In this document: positions 10,591-22,796 of the stretch, piece after piece | Layout of the letters: every line of letters begins with the position of its first letter | Numbering within the stretch: position 1 is the first letter of the stretch | NCBI GenBank assembly: GCA_034530615.2 | Contig: JAVRCV020000055.1 | Coordinates: 39,617-103,616, forward strand | Source: Aulosira sp. ZfuVER01 | GTDB lineage: Bacteria; Cyanobacteriota; Cyanobacteriia; Cyanobacteriales; Nostocaceae | Direction: 5' to 3' | DNA length: 64,000 nucleotides | Notes under the pieces: generated by a model | The model's input: only the letters and a program-made list of their open reading frames with translations | Databases searched by the model: none | What the model was told of the DNA's origin: nothing | Made by a program: the position numbers and the translations under genes

Positions 10591-10805
10591 ATCGGTATAG
10601 CATGATTATTCAATGGTCTGATGAAGATCAGCTTTTCCTGGTAACAATCCCAGAGTTTGCCGACCTAGTAGTGATGCCTTGTACTCACGGCAAAACTCGT
10701 GAGGAAGCAATTCATAACGGTGAAGAAGTTATTGAAATGTATTTGGAAGCTTGGCAAGCAGAAGGTGAACTTATCCCTGAACCTAGAACGCTTCAAGTTG
10801 CTTGA
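10587..10805 (+). CDS. hicB: HicB family antitoxin (short form)
   Basis: VTIPEF...THGKTREEA...IPEP motif. Confidence 0.88.
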   Translation: MNRYSMIIQWSDEDQLFLVTIPEFADLVVMPCTHGKTREEAIHNGEEVIEMYLEAWQAEGELIPEPRTLQVA

Positions 10806-10940
10806 TAATCTTAGTGATTGCGCCGAATTACCGAAAGTTTACCAAAACTAGACTACAGCCAACGCTCGCCTATTGCAGCGATCGCTCACGACGCTTACAC
10901 AATTTGAGGTTTACAATATTAGGAAAAACTCGATTGCAAG

Positions 10941-11507
10941 GTGACTCAATCAGCCGTGAATCATCATGGGGCAATGCCAAAAAGCAGTGAACCCAGTTAT
11001 TACTCCCTGCTAGGACTGCATCCCTCGGCATCGGTAATCGACATCCGTCGCGCTTATCGAGAACTGAGTAAACGCTATCATCCTGATAGTACCGATTTAC
11101 CTGCCACTATCGCCACTGTTAAATTTCAGCAACTCAATGAAGCCTACGCTACCCTAAGCAACCCAGAACGCAGGTTAAGCTATGACCTGAAAATTGGCTA
11201 TTCTCGCTTTGGGGTGATTCAAGCACCCGCCGATTTGAACCATCCTGTAACTAATACCTATGACTGGTCAAAATCGGCTTACCTTGACGCTAGCGATCGC
11301 CCTCTCTCATCAGGCGAAATTTTTGCTTTGTTTATTTTGGGGTTGACTTTTTTGGGTTGTTTGTTACTGGCGATCGCTATTGGCTTAACACGGGGTGAAG
11401 CTGCTTTCCAAACCCAACTTTCACTACCAATTCCTGCCACCCAACAGCAAATTAACCAAATATCCCCATCGGCTAGCCTAGGGGAAATTAAAAATTATTA
11501 TTGTTAA
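10941..11507 (+). CDS. J-domain (DnaJ-like) membrane protein
   Basis: YYSLLG...YHPD J domain and a C-terminal transmembrane helix. Confidence 0.9.
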   Translation: MTQSAVNHHGAMPKSSEPSYYSLLGLHPSASVIDIRRAYRELSKRYHPDSTDLPATIATVKFQQLNEAYATLSNPERRLSYDLKIGYSRFGVIQAPADLNHPVTNTYDWSKSAYLDASDRPLSSGEIFALFILGLTFLGCLLLAIAIGLTRGEAAFQTQLSLPIPATQQQINQISPSASLGEIKNYYC

Positions 11508-11526
11508 GGTTGAATTTTTACAAATT

Positions 11527-11799
11527 ATGGCTTTTCTTCCCCCTGATGCTCCTCTCTATAACCATACCCTTCCACAAATTGAGCAATGGCTCAAAGACCA
11601 AGGCTGCAAACAAGATGAAGAACAGTTACATTGTTGGCACGTGGAACGCCCCCATTGGCAAGCTGATCTCTCCCTCGATGTTGAGCAACTGACTGTGCGA
11701 TATATCGAAGCAGGAGAAAATCAGCAAGATATCCAACGCGCATTCAAATATTCTCTCAGTCGAGAAGATATTGAACAGGCAGTTTTTTCTGGGCCGTAA
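11527..11799 (+). CDS. DUF3143-like conserved cyanobacterial protein
   Basis: PLYNHTLPQIEQWL...YSLSREDIEQAVFSGP; usual neighbour of the J-domain gene. Confidence 0.8.
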   Translation: MAFLPPDAPLYNHTLPQIEQWLKDQGCKQDEEQLHCWHVERPHWQADLSLDVEQLTVRYIEAGENQQDIQRAFKYSLSREDIEQAVFSGP

Positions 11800-11894
11800 G
11801 GGTAGAGAAAGACACGGAGACTGGGAGAGGGGGGACGCGGAGAATATTTCAGTTCTATTCGCCGCGTCGCCGCGTCTCTATGTCCCCCAGTCCC

Positions 11895-12644
11895 TTACAC
11901 ACTCCCAAACCTCCGCTCTCGTTGCTGATAGGCACACAAGGCGCGGTGGAATTCTGCGCGGTCAAAATCTGGCCACAGAGTTTCGGTAATATAAATTTCC
12001 CCATAAGCCATTTGCCAGAGGAGAAAATTGGAGAGGCGCATTTCTCCGCTAGTACGGATTAATAAATCTGGGTCAGCAATTCCGGCTGTGTAGAGATGGC
12101 GTTCAAAGACTGCTTCATCAATTTCATCGGGTTGTAGCAGACCTTGCTGAACTTTTTGGGCGATCGCCCGACAAGCCTGTAAAATTTCTTGGCGTCCACC
12201 ATAATTTGTGGCGACTGTAAACTTGATACTGCGATTATCCTTAGTTTCTGCCATAGAACGGGAAATTTCTGCTTGGAGCGATCGCGGTAGAGCATTTAAA
12301 TTGCCGACAAACTGAATTTGCACATTCTCCTCTACCATTTCCCGCAGTTCTTGGCGTAACACTCTTTGGAATAGAGTCATCAAAAAATCAACTTCTTCTT
12401 GGGGTCTTTTCCAGTTTTCTGTGGAAAAAGCATAAGCTGTTAACGCCTGAATTCCCCAATCTTTACAACAACGGAGCAAATCCTTAAGTGCATCTACTCC
12501 TCGCTTATGACCCATAATTCGGGGTAGACCTTGACGTTTGGCCCATCGACCATTGCCATCCATAATTACCGCAACGTGCTTGGGCAGTAGTTCTCGTTTT
12601 AAGCCAGGGGGCAATTCTTGCAGTTCAGTTTGTTGTGCTGTCAT
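11895..12644 (-). CDS. uppS: Undecaprenyl diphosphate synthase (isoprenyl transferase)
   Basis: [15 protein letters not shown] and [15 protein letters not shown] motifs. Confidence 0.97.
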   Translation of the reverse strand: MTAQQTELQELPPGLKRELLPKHVAVIMDGNGRWAKRQGLPRIMGHKRGVDALKDLLRCCKDWGIQALTAYAFSTENWKRPQEEVDFLMTLFQRVLRQELREMVEENVQIQFVGNLNALPRSLQAEISRSMAETKDNRSIKFTVATNYGGRQEILQACRAIAQKVQQGLLQPDEIDEAVFERHLYTAGIADPDLLIRTSGEMRLSNFLLWQMAYGEIYITETLWPDFDRAEFHRALCAYQQRERRFGSV

Positions 12645-13564
12645 TTTTTATCTCGAGAAGCGGTCGATGGTAATCCAAGTAACCGTGAAACTAGTGCTAT
12701 TGCCTTACTACTAATCTGACGACCCAAGCTTAACAAACCAGGAGCCACAGCTTCCCGATCTACCGTTGGAGATAACAGAGCCTCTAAAGTCTCTTTTAGT
12801 TTCCTAATCGTCAGCGGTCTATTTAGAATTCCCCGTTCCGCTAAGGAAATAGAACCAGTTTCTTCTGATACAACGACACAGATGCAATTTTCGACCCGCT
12901 CAGTAATTCCCATCGCCGCCCGATGGCGTGTTCCCAACTGGCGCGAGGCTGTGCGTCCCGAAAGTGGTAAAATTATACCCGATGCAATAATCCGTGAGCC
13001 ACGTATCAAAGTTGCTCCATCGTGCAACAAAGTTTTTGGTTGAAAGATAGTTTGAATTAATTCTTTAGTAACCTCAGCATTGAGTCTTACTCCTGGTACA
13101 GAAAAATCTCGCTCGTCAATTGGGCCTGTTGTTTCCAAAATTAATAAAGCTCCAATCCGGTTTTTTGACAGTTCTTTGACTGCATCAACAATTTCATCAA
13201 TTACACTATCTGATTTAGGTACTGCCAGACTGGATGGTTGAAACAACTGGCGAAATTCGCCACGCCCTAATTGTTCTAAAAATCGCCGAAATTCTGACTG
13301 GAGAGCAACTGCCATTGCCACTGCGCAGCCAATTACTAACTTTTCTAGTACAAAATTTAACAGTGGTAGCCCCAATCTATTACTAAGTGCTGAGGCTAGC
13401 ATCAAGATAATAAATCCTCGTACCATCCACAGCGTCCGGCGCTCGCTAATAATAACTAGTATCATGTACGTCAGCGCCAACACGAATACAATATCCAGAG
13501 TCCCAAGCAGCAAGGACTGCGACCATCCTAGGTTTGTCAGCCATTGCTTCCACCAATCTCTCAT
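12641..13564 (-). CDS. cdaA: Diadenylate cyclase
   Basis: Three transmembrane helices, LHDGA and GTRHRAA motifs. Confidence 0.95.
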   Translation of the reverse strand: MRDWWKQWLTNLGWSQSLLLGTLDIVFVLALTYMILVIISERRTLWMVRGFIILMLASALSNRLGLPLLNFVLEKLVIGCAVAMAVALQSEFRRFLEQLGRGEFRQLFQPSSLAVPKSDSVIDEIVDAVKELSKNRIGALLILETTGPIDERDFSVPGVRLNAEVTKELIQTIFQPKTLLHDGATLIRGSRIIASGIILPLSGRTASRQLGTRHRAAMGITERVENCICVVVSEETGSISLAERGILNRPLTIRKLKETLEALLSPTVDREAVAPGLLSLGRQISSKAIALVSRLLGLPSTASRDKK

Positions 13565-13624
13565 GACATCTGGATTACTATTTTGCCTCTAAATACGGTG
13601 AGTTAATAGTCCAGAGTCACTAGT

Positions 13625-13826
13625 CCAGGGGAGCCACTGCGGTGAGCCTTCCGACTTGTACTCCAAAGGAGAACCCGCAGGGTAGCAACTGCCGTTCCTC
13701 GAAGGGGTTCTCTAAGAGTACCCGTAAGGGTCTTGGGGAATCCTCAAGTGGCGTTCACGAGTCAAGAGTGAAATTTATTGACTCTAGACTGTGGACTGTG
13801 GACTGTGGACTGTGGACTTTTGACTA
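13625..13826. repeat. Nested SDR cluster followed by a (GACTGTG)n heptamer tandem repeat
   Basis: Shares CCGACTTG...AGGGTAGCAACTGCCG with 1741-1826; GACTGTG repeated about four times near 13787-13820. Confidence 0.7.
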
Positions 13827-15227
13827 TTTCTTAAGTCTTTCTGGTAGGCAATCTTGTCGAATCAAGTCCTGATAAGTTTCGCGCTGCAAAATCAAATTTG
13901 CTTCGCCGTTTGCCACCACAACTGCTGCCGGTCGGGGTAAGCGATTGTAGTTTGATGCCATACTGTAATTGTAAGCACCAGTTCCCATAACTACGAGAAT
14001 ATCCCCAGGTTCAGTTTTGGGGAGTAGAGCATTTTTAATCAAAATATCCCCTGATTCACAATGCTTACCAGCAATTGTGACAGTTTCGGTTAAGGGAACA
14101 GCAATTTTATTTGCTACTACAGCTCGGTACACTGACTGGTAGGTAATCGGACGGGGATTGTCTGACATACCGCCATCTACTGCTATGTAGGTACGAATTT
14201 CGGGAACAACTTTGGATGAACCAATTGTATAAGCAGTAACGCAAGCTGTGGCAATTAGCGATCGCCCTGGTTCACATAATAGCTTAGGTAAGGGTAAATT
14301 TGCGGCTTTACAGGCTGTTTGCACTACTTCACAAATCGCCTTTACCCATTCCTCGATACTGGGTGGATCGTCTGATTCTACATAACGAATTCCTAAACCA
14401 CCACCGACATTTAACTCTGTTACATTTAAACCGTACTTAGCTGCATCTTGCAACCACTGCACCATGACAGCAGCTAAATCTTGATGGGGTTGGCGTTCAA
14501 AAATTTGGGAACCAATATGAGCGTGTAAACCTACACAGTCTAAAGCAGATTGCTTACTAACAAACGTAAAAACTTCATCCAAATCGTTCGGATCGAAGCC
14601 AAATTTACTGTCTAGATGCCCCGTGCGAATATATTCGTGAGTGTGACATTCGATACCTGGGGTCAGCCGCAACATTACGCGGATAGGCACAAGGGAAGAA
14701 TTGTCTGCTTGCTCCTGTGCGATGTCAACCAAGGTATTTAACTCATACCAGTTATCTACCACAATGGTGGCACCAGACTCGATTGCTAAAGTTAGCTCTT
14801 GGCGAGATTTATTATTACCGTGGAGGTAGATTTTCTCAGGGCTTACACCAGCGGTGAGGGCGGTGTAGAGTTCTCCCCCAGATACGACATCGATTCCTAA
14901 TCCTTCGGAGGCAATAATCGCAGAAATTGCCAAACAATTCCAAGCTTTGGAAGCATAAAGTACTTGAGATTCCCCCTGGTAGTATTGCTTGAAAGTATCC
15001 CGGTATTGCTGACAAGCCAAACGTAGGGTTTCTTCATCTAAAATATATAAGGGTGAGCCAAACTGCTGCACTAGGGTTGCGATATCACACCCACCAATTT
15101 CCAAGCAGCCATGACTATTTACTCTAGCCGTCAAGGGTAGGAGTTCTTGATTGGGCGAAGTGTTACGCCTTGGAGGTAAATACTGAATACCAGTATGTTG
15201 AACCCCAATAGGGTGAGTCGATACCAT
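13824..15227 (-). CDS. lysA: Diaminopimelate decarboxylase
   Basis: YASKA, HIGSQ, EPGRS, HCESGD and GAYNYSMASNYN motifs. Confidence 0.96.
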   Translation of the reverse strand: MVSTHPIGVQHTGIQYLPPRRNTSPNQELLPLTARVNSHGCLEIGGCDIATLVQQFGSPLYILDEETLRLACQQYRDTFKQYYQGESQVLYASKAWNCLAISAIIASEGLGIDVVSGGELYTALTAGVSPEKIYLHGNNKSRQELTLAIESGATIVVDNWYELNTLVDIAQEQADNSSLVPIRVMLRLTPGIECHTHEYIRTGHLDSKFGFDPNDLDEVFTFVSKQSALDCVGLHAHIGSQIFERQPHQDLAAVMVQWLQDAAKYGLNVTELNVGGGLGIRYVESDDPPSIEEWVKAICEVVQTACKAANLPLPKLLCEPGRSLIATACVTAYTIGSSKVVPEIRTYIAVDGGMSDNPRPITYQSVYRAVVANKIAVPLTETVTIAGKHCESGDILIKNALLPKTEPGDILVVMGTGAYNYSMASNYNRLPRPAAVVVANGEANLILQRETYQDLIRQDCLPERLKK

Positions 15228-15319
15228 AACTATAAGAGTTGTCCTTGTTCAAATTATGGGCGTGAGTTAGTCTCCCGATTCCCAGTTTACAAAGGGTTTG
15301 TAATCTTATTCAAATAAAT

Positions 15320-15871
15320 GTGATCTCATTAGACTTAAAAATTCAACCACTGACATCAGATGATCTCAGTGCAGTGCTAGAACTTGATAAAGCCTGTTTC
15401 GGCGGTCTTTGGACGTTGGAGGGCTACCAACGAGAGTTGGACAGCCCAAATAGCGATTTACTTGGTTTATTTTCCCCTGTCTCTAGCTTGAGTTTGCTAG
15501 GGATGGGTTGCTTTTGGTCAATTTTGGAAGAAGCTCACATCACAATTTTGGCAGTACATCCCCAATATCACTGTCAAGGTTTGGGTCAAGCTTTACTATA
15601 TTCCCTGCTCAAGACAGCTAGCGATCGCGGTTTGGAGCGAGCTACCCTCGAAGTTCGAGCTTCCAACCTAGCGGCTATATCTTTATATCAAAAATTTGGC
15701 TTCAAAACAGCTGGGCGACGGCGGCGTTACTATAAGGATAATGACGAAGATGCCTTGATTCTTTGGCTTTCAGATCTTCAACAGCCACATTTTACAGCAA
15801 ATTTGCGCTCCTGGGAAGCTATGGTAAGCGATCGCCTCAAAAAATCTTCGTGGCAATTCCAGCTTCCGTAG
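15320..15871 (+). CDS. rimI: Ribosomal protein alanine N-acetyltransferase
   Basis: GNAT fold with LEVRASN..A..LY.KFGF...GRRRRYY. Confidence 0.9.
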   Translation: MISLDLKIQPLTSDDLSAVLELDKACFGGLWTLEGYQRELDSPNSDLLGLFSPVSSLSLLGMGCFWSILEEAHITILAVHPQYHCQGLGQALLYSLLKTASDRGLERATLEVRASNLAAISLYQKFGFKTAGRRRRYYKDNDEDALILWLSDLQQPHFTANLRSWEAMVSDRLKKSSWQFQLP

Positions 15872-16515
15872 TTCGACATCGGAAAATCACTACTCAATAG
15901 TTAATAGTCAACATTTCCGGGCGATCAACTCTTGTACTATGAAGCGTGGAAATTTCATATAGCAATCGCTTTGATTCTTGAACTTACTTGCTTAGGTAGG
16001 CAATAGGCTACAAGCAATCAGCAATAGTTATTTCTTTGCTCCCCTCTACTCCCCTGCTCCCCTGCTTTTCCCCCTCATCCCCTCACCTTTTTGCCGAACT
16101 TTTGATAATTTTGATAACTTTGCGGTTGACTCTTGACCATCTTCATGAAAAAAATAAATTTCCTGCGCGTATTTATTATGAGTATTTTTTATAGCTTTGA
16201 ACTTTTATTTTTAAAATTTATATAAAATCAACAATATTCTTGACTTTGTTGAATAGAAATGTTAAATATATCTGTTTGGTAGTGGTTGGAAAAATTAGAA
16301 TTTAGAAGTTTTTTGTGTGCGATTAATGCCAAAAAGGCTTGTTATGTCGCTCCCCTCAGTATAACAGCCACACATAAGTAACAAATATTAAAGAATTACG
16401 CCATCAGCTTGGGTGATTACGCTTGGATTTCTAGTATTTTTTATACAGATATCCAAAAGTCTAGCCTGTGCTAAAATCAGCGTACCGGCACGACGCAGGT
16501 GATGGGAAAAATGCC

Positions 16516-18984
16516 ATGTTTGAACGCTTCACAGAAAAAGCTATTAAGGTAATCATGCTGGCCCAAGAAGAGGCCCGCCGCTTAGGCCACAATTTCGTCG
16601 GCACTGAACAAATCCTCCTGGGTTTGATTGGTGAAGGGACGGGAGTTGCGGCCAAGGTGTTGAAATCAATGGGTGTCAATCTCAAAGATGCCCGAATTGA
16701 GGTAGAAAAAATCATAGGACGGGGTTCAGGCTTTGTTGCCGTGGAAATTCCCTTTACGCCACGGGCAAAGCGGGTTCTAGAACTATCCTTAGAAGAAGCG
16801 CGCCAATTAGGCCATAACTACATTGGCACCGAGCATCTCCTGTTAGGCCTGATCCGGGAAGGGGAAGGTGTGGCAGCTAGGGTGCTAGAAAACTTAGGCG
16901 TGGATCTATCTAAGGTGAGAACCCAAGTCATTCGGATGTTGGGAGAAACGGCGGAAGTATCACCTGGTGGTTCATCCAGCCGCACCAAAACTCCAACTTT
17001 GGATGAATTTGGCTCGAACCTGACCCAAATGGCAACGGACAACAAGCTCGATCCGGTGGTGGGACGCGCCAAAGAAATCGAGCGAGTCATTCAAATTTTG
17101 GGTCGCCGGACAAAAAATAACCCAGTATTGATAGGCGAACCAGGGGTTGGTAAAACAGCGATCGCTGAAGGTTTAGCATCGCGGATTGCCAACAAAGATG
17201 TCCCCGACATCCTGGAGGATAAGCGCGTAGTCACTCTGGATATTGGCTTGCTCGTAGCAGGAACCAAGTACCGGGGTGAATTTGAAGAACGTCTGAAGAA
17301 AATCATGGATGAAATCCGCTCTGCGGGTAACGTGATTCTCGTAATTGACGAAGTTCACACCCTAATTGGTGCAGGAGCAGCAGAAGGCGCAATTGACGCA
17401 GCGAATATTCTCAAGCCAGCTTTGGCCAGAGGTGAGTTGCAATGTATTGGTGCAACAACCCTAGATGAATACCGCAAGCACATTGAGCGCGATGCAGCCT
17501 TAGAGCGACGCTTCCAACCAGTAATGGTGGGCGAACCCTCAGTTGATGAAACAATTGAGATTTTATATGGTTTGCGCGATCGCTACGAGCAACACCACAA
17601 GTTAAAAATCTCCGATGAAGCCTTGGTGGCGGCGGCAAAATTATCTGACCGTTATATTAGCGATCGCTACCTGCCAGATAAAGCCATCGACTTGATCGAT
17701 GAAGCAGGTTCGAGAGTACGGTTGATTAATTCCCAACTACCACCAGCAGCTAAAGAGTTAGACAAAGAACTGCGACAAATCTTAAAAGAAAAAGATGATG
17801 CAGTTCGCTCCCAAGACTTTGACCGAGCTGGGGAATTGCGCGATCGCGAAATGGAAATCAAAGCCGAAATTCGTGCAATCGCTCAAAGCAAAACCAACGG
17901 CTCTGGGAATGAAGGTCTAGAACCAGTCGTGACTGAAGAGGACATCGCCCACATCGTCGCATCCTGGACTGGCGTTCCGGTGAACAAGCTCACCGAATCC
18001 GAATCTGAGAAGCTGTTGCACATGGAAGACACCTTACATCAGCGTCTCATTGGACAAGAAGATGCTGTCAAGGCAGTTTCCCGAGCAATTCGCCGCGCTC
18101 GTGTCGGTTTGAAGAATCCCAATCGACCCATCGCTAGCTTTGTCTTCTCTGGTCCCACCGGCGTTGGTAAAACTGAGTTGGCAAAATCCTTGGCTTCTTA
18201 CTTCTTCGGTTCCGAAGAAGCAATGATTCGCCTGGATATGTCGGAATACATGGAGCGTCACACCGTCAGCAAACTGATTGGTTCGCCTCCAGGTTATGTT
18301 GGCTATAACGAAGGCGGTCAGCTAACCGAAGCTGTAAGGCGGCGTCCTTACACTGTGGTGCTATTCGATGAAATCGAAAAAGCCCACCCCGATGTCTTCA
18401 ACATGCTGCTGCAAATTTTAGAAGACGGTCGCTTAACCGATGCTAAAGGTCGCACCGTTGACTTCAAGAACACCTTGCTGATTTTGACATCCAACATCGG
18501 TTCTAAGGTAATTGAAAAAGGCGGCGGCGGTATCGGCTTCGAGTTTGCTGATGATGTCAGCGAATCACAGTACAACCGCATTCGCTCCTTGGTGAACGAA
18601 GAATTGAAGCAATACTTCCGTCCAGAGTTCCTCAACCGTCTAGATGAAATTATCGTCTTCCGTCAGTTGAGCAAGGCAGAAGTCACCCAAATTGCGGAAA
18701 TCATGCTCAAAGAAGTCTTTGGTCGCCTAACCGAAAAAGGTATCACCTTAGAAGTTACCGATCGCTTCAAAGATCGCCTGATTACAGAAGGTTACAGCCC
18801 CAGCTACGGCGCACGACCGTTACGTCGAGCTATTATGCGCTTGTTAGAAGATAGCTTGGCCGAAGAGATTCTCTCTGGTCGCATCAAGGATGGCGATATA
18901 GCCCTTGTTGATGTCGATGAAAACGGCAATGTTCAAGTAAGTTCACAACAGCGTCGGGAATTGTTATCCCAAGGCGTTGAGTAA
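16516..18984 (+). CDS. clpC: ATP-dependent Clp protease ATPase subunit
   Basis: MFERFTEKA start, two Walker A motifs ([16 protein letters not shown]) and a short UVR middle domain. Confidence 0.97.
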   Translation: MFERFTEKAIKVIMLAQEEARRLGHNFVGTEQILLGLIGEGTGVAAKVLKSMGVNLKDARIEVEKIIGRGSGFVAVEIPFTPRAKRVLELSLEEARQLGHNYIGTEHLLLGLIREGEGVAARVLENLGVDLSKVRTQVIRMLGETAEVSPGGSSSRTKTPTLDEFGSNLTQMATDNKLDPVVGRAKEIERVIQILGRRTKNNPVLIGEPGVGKTAIAEGLASRIANKDVPDILEDKRVVTLDIGLLVAGTKYRGEFEERLKKIMDEIRSAGNVILVIDEVHTLIGAGAAEGAIDAANILKPALARGELQCIGATTLDEYRKHIERDAALERRFQPVMVGEPSVDETIEILYGLRDRYEQHHKLKISDEALVAAAKLSDRYISDRYLPDKAIDLIDEAGSRVRLINSQLPPAAKELDKELRQILKEKDDAVRSQDFDRAGELRDREMEIKAEIRAIAQSKTNGSGNEGLEPVVTEEDIAHIVASWTGVPVNKLTESESEKLLHMEDTLHQRLIGQEDAVKAVSRAIRRARVGLKNPNRPIASFVFSGPTGVGKTELAKSLASYFFGSEEAMIRLDMSEYMERHTVSKLIGSPPGYVGYNEGGQLTEAVRRRPYTVVLFDEIEKAHPDVFNMLLQILEDGRLTDAKGRTVDFKNTLLILTSNIGSKVIEKGGGGIGFEFADDVSESQYNRIRSLVNEELKQYFRPEFLNRLDEIIVFRQLSKAEVTQIAEIMLKEVFGRLTEKGITLEVTDRFKDRLITEGYSPSYGARPLRRAIMRLLEDSLAEEILSGRIKDGDIALVDVDENGNVQVSSQQRRELLSQGVE

Positions 18985-19030
18985 GATTTAAAATTTCAGA
19001 TTTGGGATTAAATCTCAAATTTAAAAATTT

Positions 19031-19064
19031 AAACGGTAGAGTATTCATTACTCTACCGTTTTTT
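19031..19064 (+). terminator. Intrinsic terminator after clpC
   Basis: AAACGGTAGAGTA / TACTCTACCGTTT stem followed by a T run. Confidence 0.8.
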
Positions 19065-19196
19065 GTTGTTAATACAGCTTTTTCCACAAAAATAAGCAGC
19101 AACCTTTCATCGTAGTTTGGATGGTACTCGGATATTTAATTATGGGCAATGGAAAAATAAGGAAGCATAGGAGGCTCTGTAGATTTTGTATTCGCA

Positions 19197-19234
19197 TTGT
19201 CTATACAAATTTTGTATACTCATTGTATAGACAA
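19197..19234. promoter_or_regulatory. Probable toxin-antitoxin operator
   Basis: Perfect inverted repeat TTGTCTATACAA-N14-TTGTATAGACAA, 15 nt upstream of the antitoxin ATG. Confidence 0.6.
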
Positions 19235-19249
19235 AAAAGCCAGCGATTT

Positions 19250-19558
19250 ATGCAACCCCAAACAGGATCTTTCAACCATCAAAACCGTGATGTTACCATC
19301 AACATTAGGGCACACCAGGGACAACGGGATTTAATTGACCGCGCAGCAGAAGCCCTTGGTAAGAACCGTTCCGATTTTATGCTAGAGACCGCCTGTCGGG
19401 AAGCAGAAGCAGTTTTGCTAGCTCGGCGGCTGTTTATGCTGGATGATGAAAAGTTTCAGCAATTTGTCGAACTACTCGATCGGTCACCTGTTACCAACGC
19501 CAAACTCCATAACTTGCTCACCAAGAAAGCGCCGTGGGAACAGAGTGTGGAGGAGTAG
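19250..19558 (+). CDS. DUF1778 / TacA-like ribbon-helix-helix antitoxin
   Basis: TINIRA...LIDRAA..LGKNRSDFMLE.AC..AE; true start is probably the ATG at 19250. Confidence 0.88.
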   Translation: MQPQTGSFNHQNRDVTINIRAHQGQRDLIDRAAEALGKNRSDFMLETACREAEAVLLARRLFMLDDEKFQQFVELLDRSPVTNAKLHNLLTKKAPWEQSVEE

Positions 19559-19561
19559 GGC

Positions 19562-20080
19562 GTGACAGGCTCTCCAGAACAACAAATTCAGGCTCCAGAA
19601 CCTCTCAATGCAGGGCATCAATTAGAAAATTTTGATTCCGGTAATGCCGAACTAAATGAGTGGTTAAAAAAACGTGCCGTGAAAAACGAAGCTAGCGGAG
19701 CTTCCAGAACTTATGTGGTAACGGTGGGTCAAAAAGCGATCGCCTATTATTGTTTGGCAAATGGCAGTGTCATCAATATCACTGCTCCTGGTAAAGTCCG
19801 GCGTAATATGCCAGACCCGATTCCGGTCATGGTCATTGGTCGGCTGGCGGTAGATATTAATTGGCAAGGGCAAGGTATTGGCTATGCTCTGGTGCGTGAT
19901 GCGGTACTTCGTACCCTCCAAGCAGCAAAGATTGCCGGAATCAGGGCGATTCTTGTTCATGCCATTTCTGTTGAAGCGAAGCAATTCTATGAGAAATGCG
20001 GTTTTATCCCCTCACCTGTGGCGCCGATGACCCTTATGGTAACGATCGCAGATGCTCTAGAAGCGTTTAAAGCTGGGTAG
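19562..20080 (+). CDS. GNAT family toxin (TacT/AtaT-like)
   Basis: FDSG...LN.WL, RNMPDPIPV..IGRLAVD..WQGQGIG and FYEKCGF motifs. Confidence 0.88.
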   Translation: MTGSPEQQIQAPEPLNAGHQLENFDSGNAELNEWLKKRAVKNEASGASRTYVVTVGQKAIAYYCLANGSVINITAPGKVRRNMPDPIPVMVIGRLAVDINWQGQGIGYALVRDAVLRTLQAAKIAGIRAILVHAISVEAKQFYEKCGFIPSPVAPMTLMVTIADALEAFKAG

Positions 20081-20497
20081 TTTGGAGCGGCTTGGGAGCG
20101 ACAATTCGCTGTCAAAATTTATTAGTCGCAAAGAGCATAATCAAATAGAAATACGGGGATTATTTTATTGACCCAGATATAGAAATTGCTGAACAAAAAT
20201 CACACCACAAATATCCTCATCGCTGGATTGTTACTTTCCCCATAACAAAAAATTTGTTCCCTACCTCTACGCATAACTTTAATTTTGTCTCACTACTTAC
20301 AATTGTTCTACCTTTTCCAACTCGTCTCACTCACGTTAAAATTATTTCACCTGGGGCAGTTTAAAATAAAGAACAGCCTGAAAAGTTGAATCTCATTAAT
20401 AATGAGATTAAATCTCAGATAGAAGATGATAAACTGGGCGATCGCGCATAATTTGAATTGGTCCTGAAAAATCCAGGGCTAAATTCCTGACTACAAA

Positions 20498-21205
20498 TTA
20501 CTCATCCCCAGTTCCTATACTTAAGACAGCTAGAGTATGCAAATCTGGAACTTCTAACTCAGGTTGAGCAACTACTGGTAAATTAGCACCAACCCCTTCT
20601 TTGCTTGCTCTCCGGTTTACCCAAACTGTTGATATTCCTAAAGATTGGGCTGGAACGATATCATGATAAATACTGCACGCAACGTGTAATATCTGTTCTA
20701 GCGGTAGGTCTATTCTCTCAATTGCAACTCTGAAGTTGTTGAGAGATGGTTTGTAGCTTTTGACTTGCTCTGCTGTAATAATCCAGTCAAATTCAACCTC
20801 TAAATGTTGGGCAGAGAAAGCAAAAAGATTATCATCTACATTAGAAATAATTGCTAGCTGATACTTTTTCTTGAGAGCTTTCAGTGCCTCGACTGTATCC
20901 GGGAAAGGTGGCCAATGCTTAATCGAATCAGCAAGGGAATATAATTCTTCAGCAGCCGGAGTAAAGCCAAAATATTCACCAAACTTTTGGATTACTCTTG
21001 CGAGAACTTCTTTATATTTTAGATATTCTCCTTTTTGAATTTCTGCCTCAAATTCAGCAAAAAGTTGCAAAATTTGTTCATCATCTAAATTATGACCGTG
21101 GGTAGATAAAAGTGGCTTTAGTGCTGCTAAAATACCGCTTTCCCAATCAATTAGAGTGCCATAACAATCGAATGTTAAAACTTGGAATCGATCAAAGTTA
21201 ATCAA
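20498..21205 (-). CDS. Haloacid dehalogenase type II (HAD family)
   Basis: FDCYGTLIDWE, SN, YKPS and HD motifs. Confidence 0.9.
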   Translation of the reverse strand: MINFDRFQVLTFDCYGTLIDWESGILAALKPLLSTHGHNLDDEQILQLFAEFEAEIQKGEYLKYKEVLARVIQKFGEYFGFTPAAEELYSLADSIKHWPPFPDTVEALKALKKKYQLAIISNVDDNLFAFSAQHLEVEFDWIITAEQVKSYKPSLNNFRVAIERIDLPLEQILHVACSIYHDIVPAQSLGISTVWVNRRASKEGVGANLPVVAQPELEVPDLHTLAVLSIGTGDE

Positions 21206-22043
21206 ATTCTCTACTCCGCGTTAACTTAACGGTGTTCAGTGGCTTTTCGCCTAGAAGTACTATAGTATTTTTACCATGTGTAGATGTTGGTCTTTCCTTG
21301 GACTAACTATTGTTTTATATTTAGGGCTTTAGGACTCACGCAAAATCGTCAACAAGCATTTATCGTAGATGCAGTTTCCCAAAGTACTCCGTCTTCGAGT
21401 TGGCGATCGCGATCTACCTCGATTTTTCTTAACCAAGGTTTAATATTAAATTAATTTAATAATTTAAAAACCTAATCCTAAATTCTAAAATGAAGGTGAT
21501 TAGCTAGGCTGCTTTCAACTTAGAACATTTTTGCTATTTTTAACCTATTCATAGTAAAAAGTTTACTGTAGTTTAGCAGTATTCTTTATTGGAATTTCTT
21601 AACCTAAATTTGTACCAATTTTAACTCAATCTTTGCTAATCCTGTAAGTCTTAATAAGAAGATTGTGAAGTCAATATGCTAAAATACGGTATTTCGATTG
21701 GAGTTTAGATGTATTTATTCCATCAACCCAGAGCAAAAATTCAGATTAGAGGCTCTTACAAGTTGCTATGTAATGCTTTCAGGTCATTAAATTCAGAATA
21801 TGCAACTTTCTAAAGTGTTGATATTCTGAGCAAAACAGGTTGATTGTAGACCTACAAAGTTTATAAATACAAAAAATTAGAGGACTCTGCAACGCAGAGT
21901 TTCCTTTGTAGCACTGTGCAAAGAAAAAATCAGAATATATGATTACTTTTTTATAAAGCCAGTGTTCGTAGCGTCTACATCTAAACCATGACATCTGCAT
22001 TTTTTTTCTTTGGAGTTTTCTTAACTAGATGTGAGGAGTACAA

Positions 22044-22544
22044 ATGCTTGAGGCTATCGCTGTTGCTTGGCTATTATTGTTTTTTGGTGATTTCCTTTCA
22101 ACTTTTGTTTACCACGTACCCGAGCATGTTTTTGGTAGCCTCCACCTGAAAACGCATCATTCTTGGAAAAAAGACTTCCGCCATTATGCTATTTTGACGT
22201 TAAATACCCAGGTTTTATTAGATGGGATTTTGGGTGCGTTGCCTTATTTAGTAATGGCAATAATTTTGTGGTCTTTCTCTCCAATTGGTGTAATTTCTGG
22301 ACTACTATTGGGTCAGTTTCATGTTTGGTGGAGACACATCAGTGTTTTGGATTGGCAAACTCCAAAGCCTGTAACTATTTTGTGCCAGATTTTATTCATC
22401 ACCACACCTGAAAGACATTGGTTACACCATCAAAAAACTAACCAGGGTTTTGGTGATATTTTTACTTTTTTTGAGCAACCTTCACTTATCTGGTTGCGTT
22501 GGTTACGCTTGCTGAGAATTCGTTTTCGCTACTCGCGTATCTAG
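22044..22544 (+). CDS. Sterol desaturase / fatty acid hydroxylase family membrane protein
   Basis: His boxes HxxxH, HxxxHH, HxxxxH and HxxHH. Confidence 0.75.
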   Translation: MLEAIAVAWLLLFFGDFLSTFVYHVPEHVFGSLHLKTHHSWKKDFRHYAILTLNTQVLLDGILGALPYLVMAIILWSFSPIGVISGLLLGQFHVWWRHISVLDWQTPKPVTILCQILFITTPERHWLHHQKTNQGFGDIFTFFEQPSLIWLRWLRLLRIRFRYSRI

Positions 22545-22796
22545 CTAATACTAATGAGTTTTGTACAGTCAATCTTGGTTTTTGGCTAGTCAAAGGATCG
22601 TATTGCACAATGCAGTTCAGTTAAGTTCTCTCGCATACCCAAAATAACGCCCGCAGGTTGGAAGCCTGGGGCTTTGTTCGATTAGCCGCACCATTCTATG
22701 GTGACGGCTAAATTTCGTGGAATTGCTTAAAATCTTTTTCCGCAACCAAATTACTGTAATATGCTTCAATAGCTTTTTTTATACTAAACTCTATTA

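Noticed and set aside
13625..13826. Possible second CRISPR array (also considered for 59636-59930)
   Set aside because: No regular repeat-spacer period; these are dispersed and heptamer repeats.
16461..18635. Many short ORFs antisense to clpC (likewise within fusA, the RTX genes and the exporter)
   Set aside because: Shadow frames of well-supported genes, with no motifs.
20140..20365. Possible gene fragment after the GNAT toxin
   Set aside because: No start codon or recognisable family could be supported.
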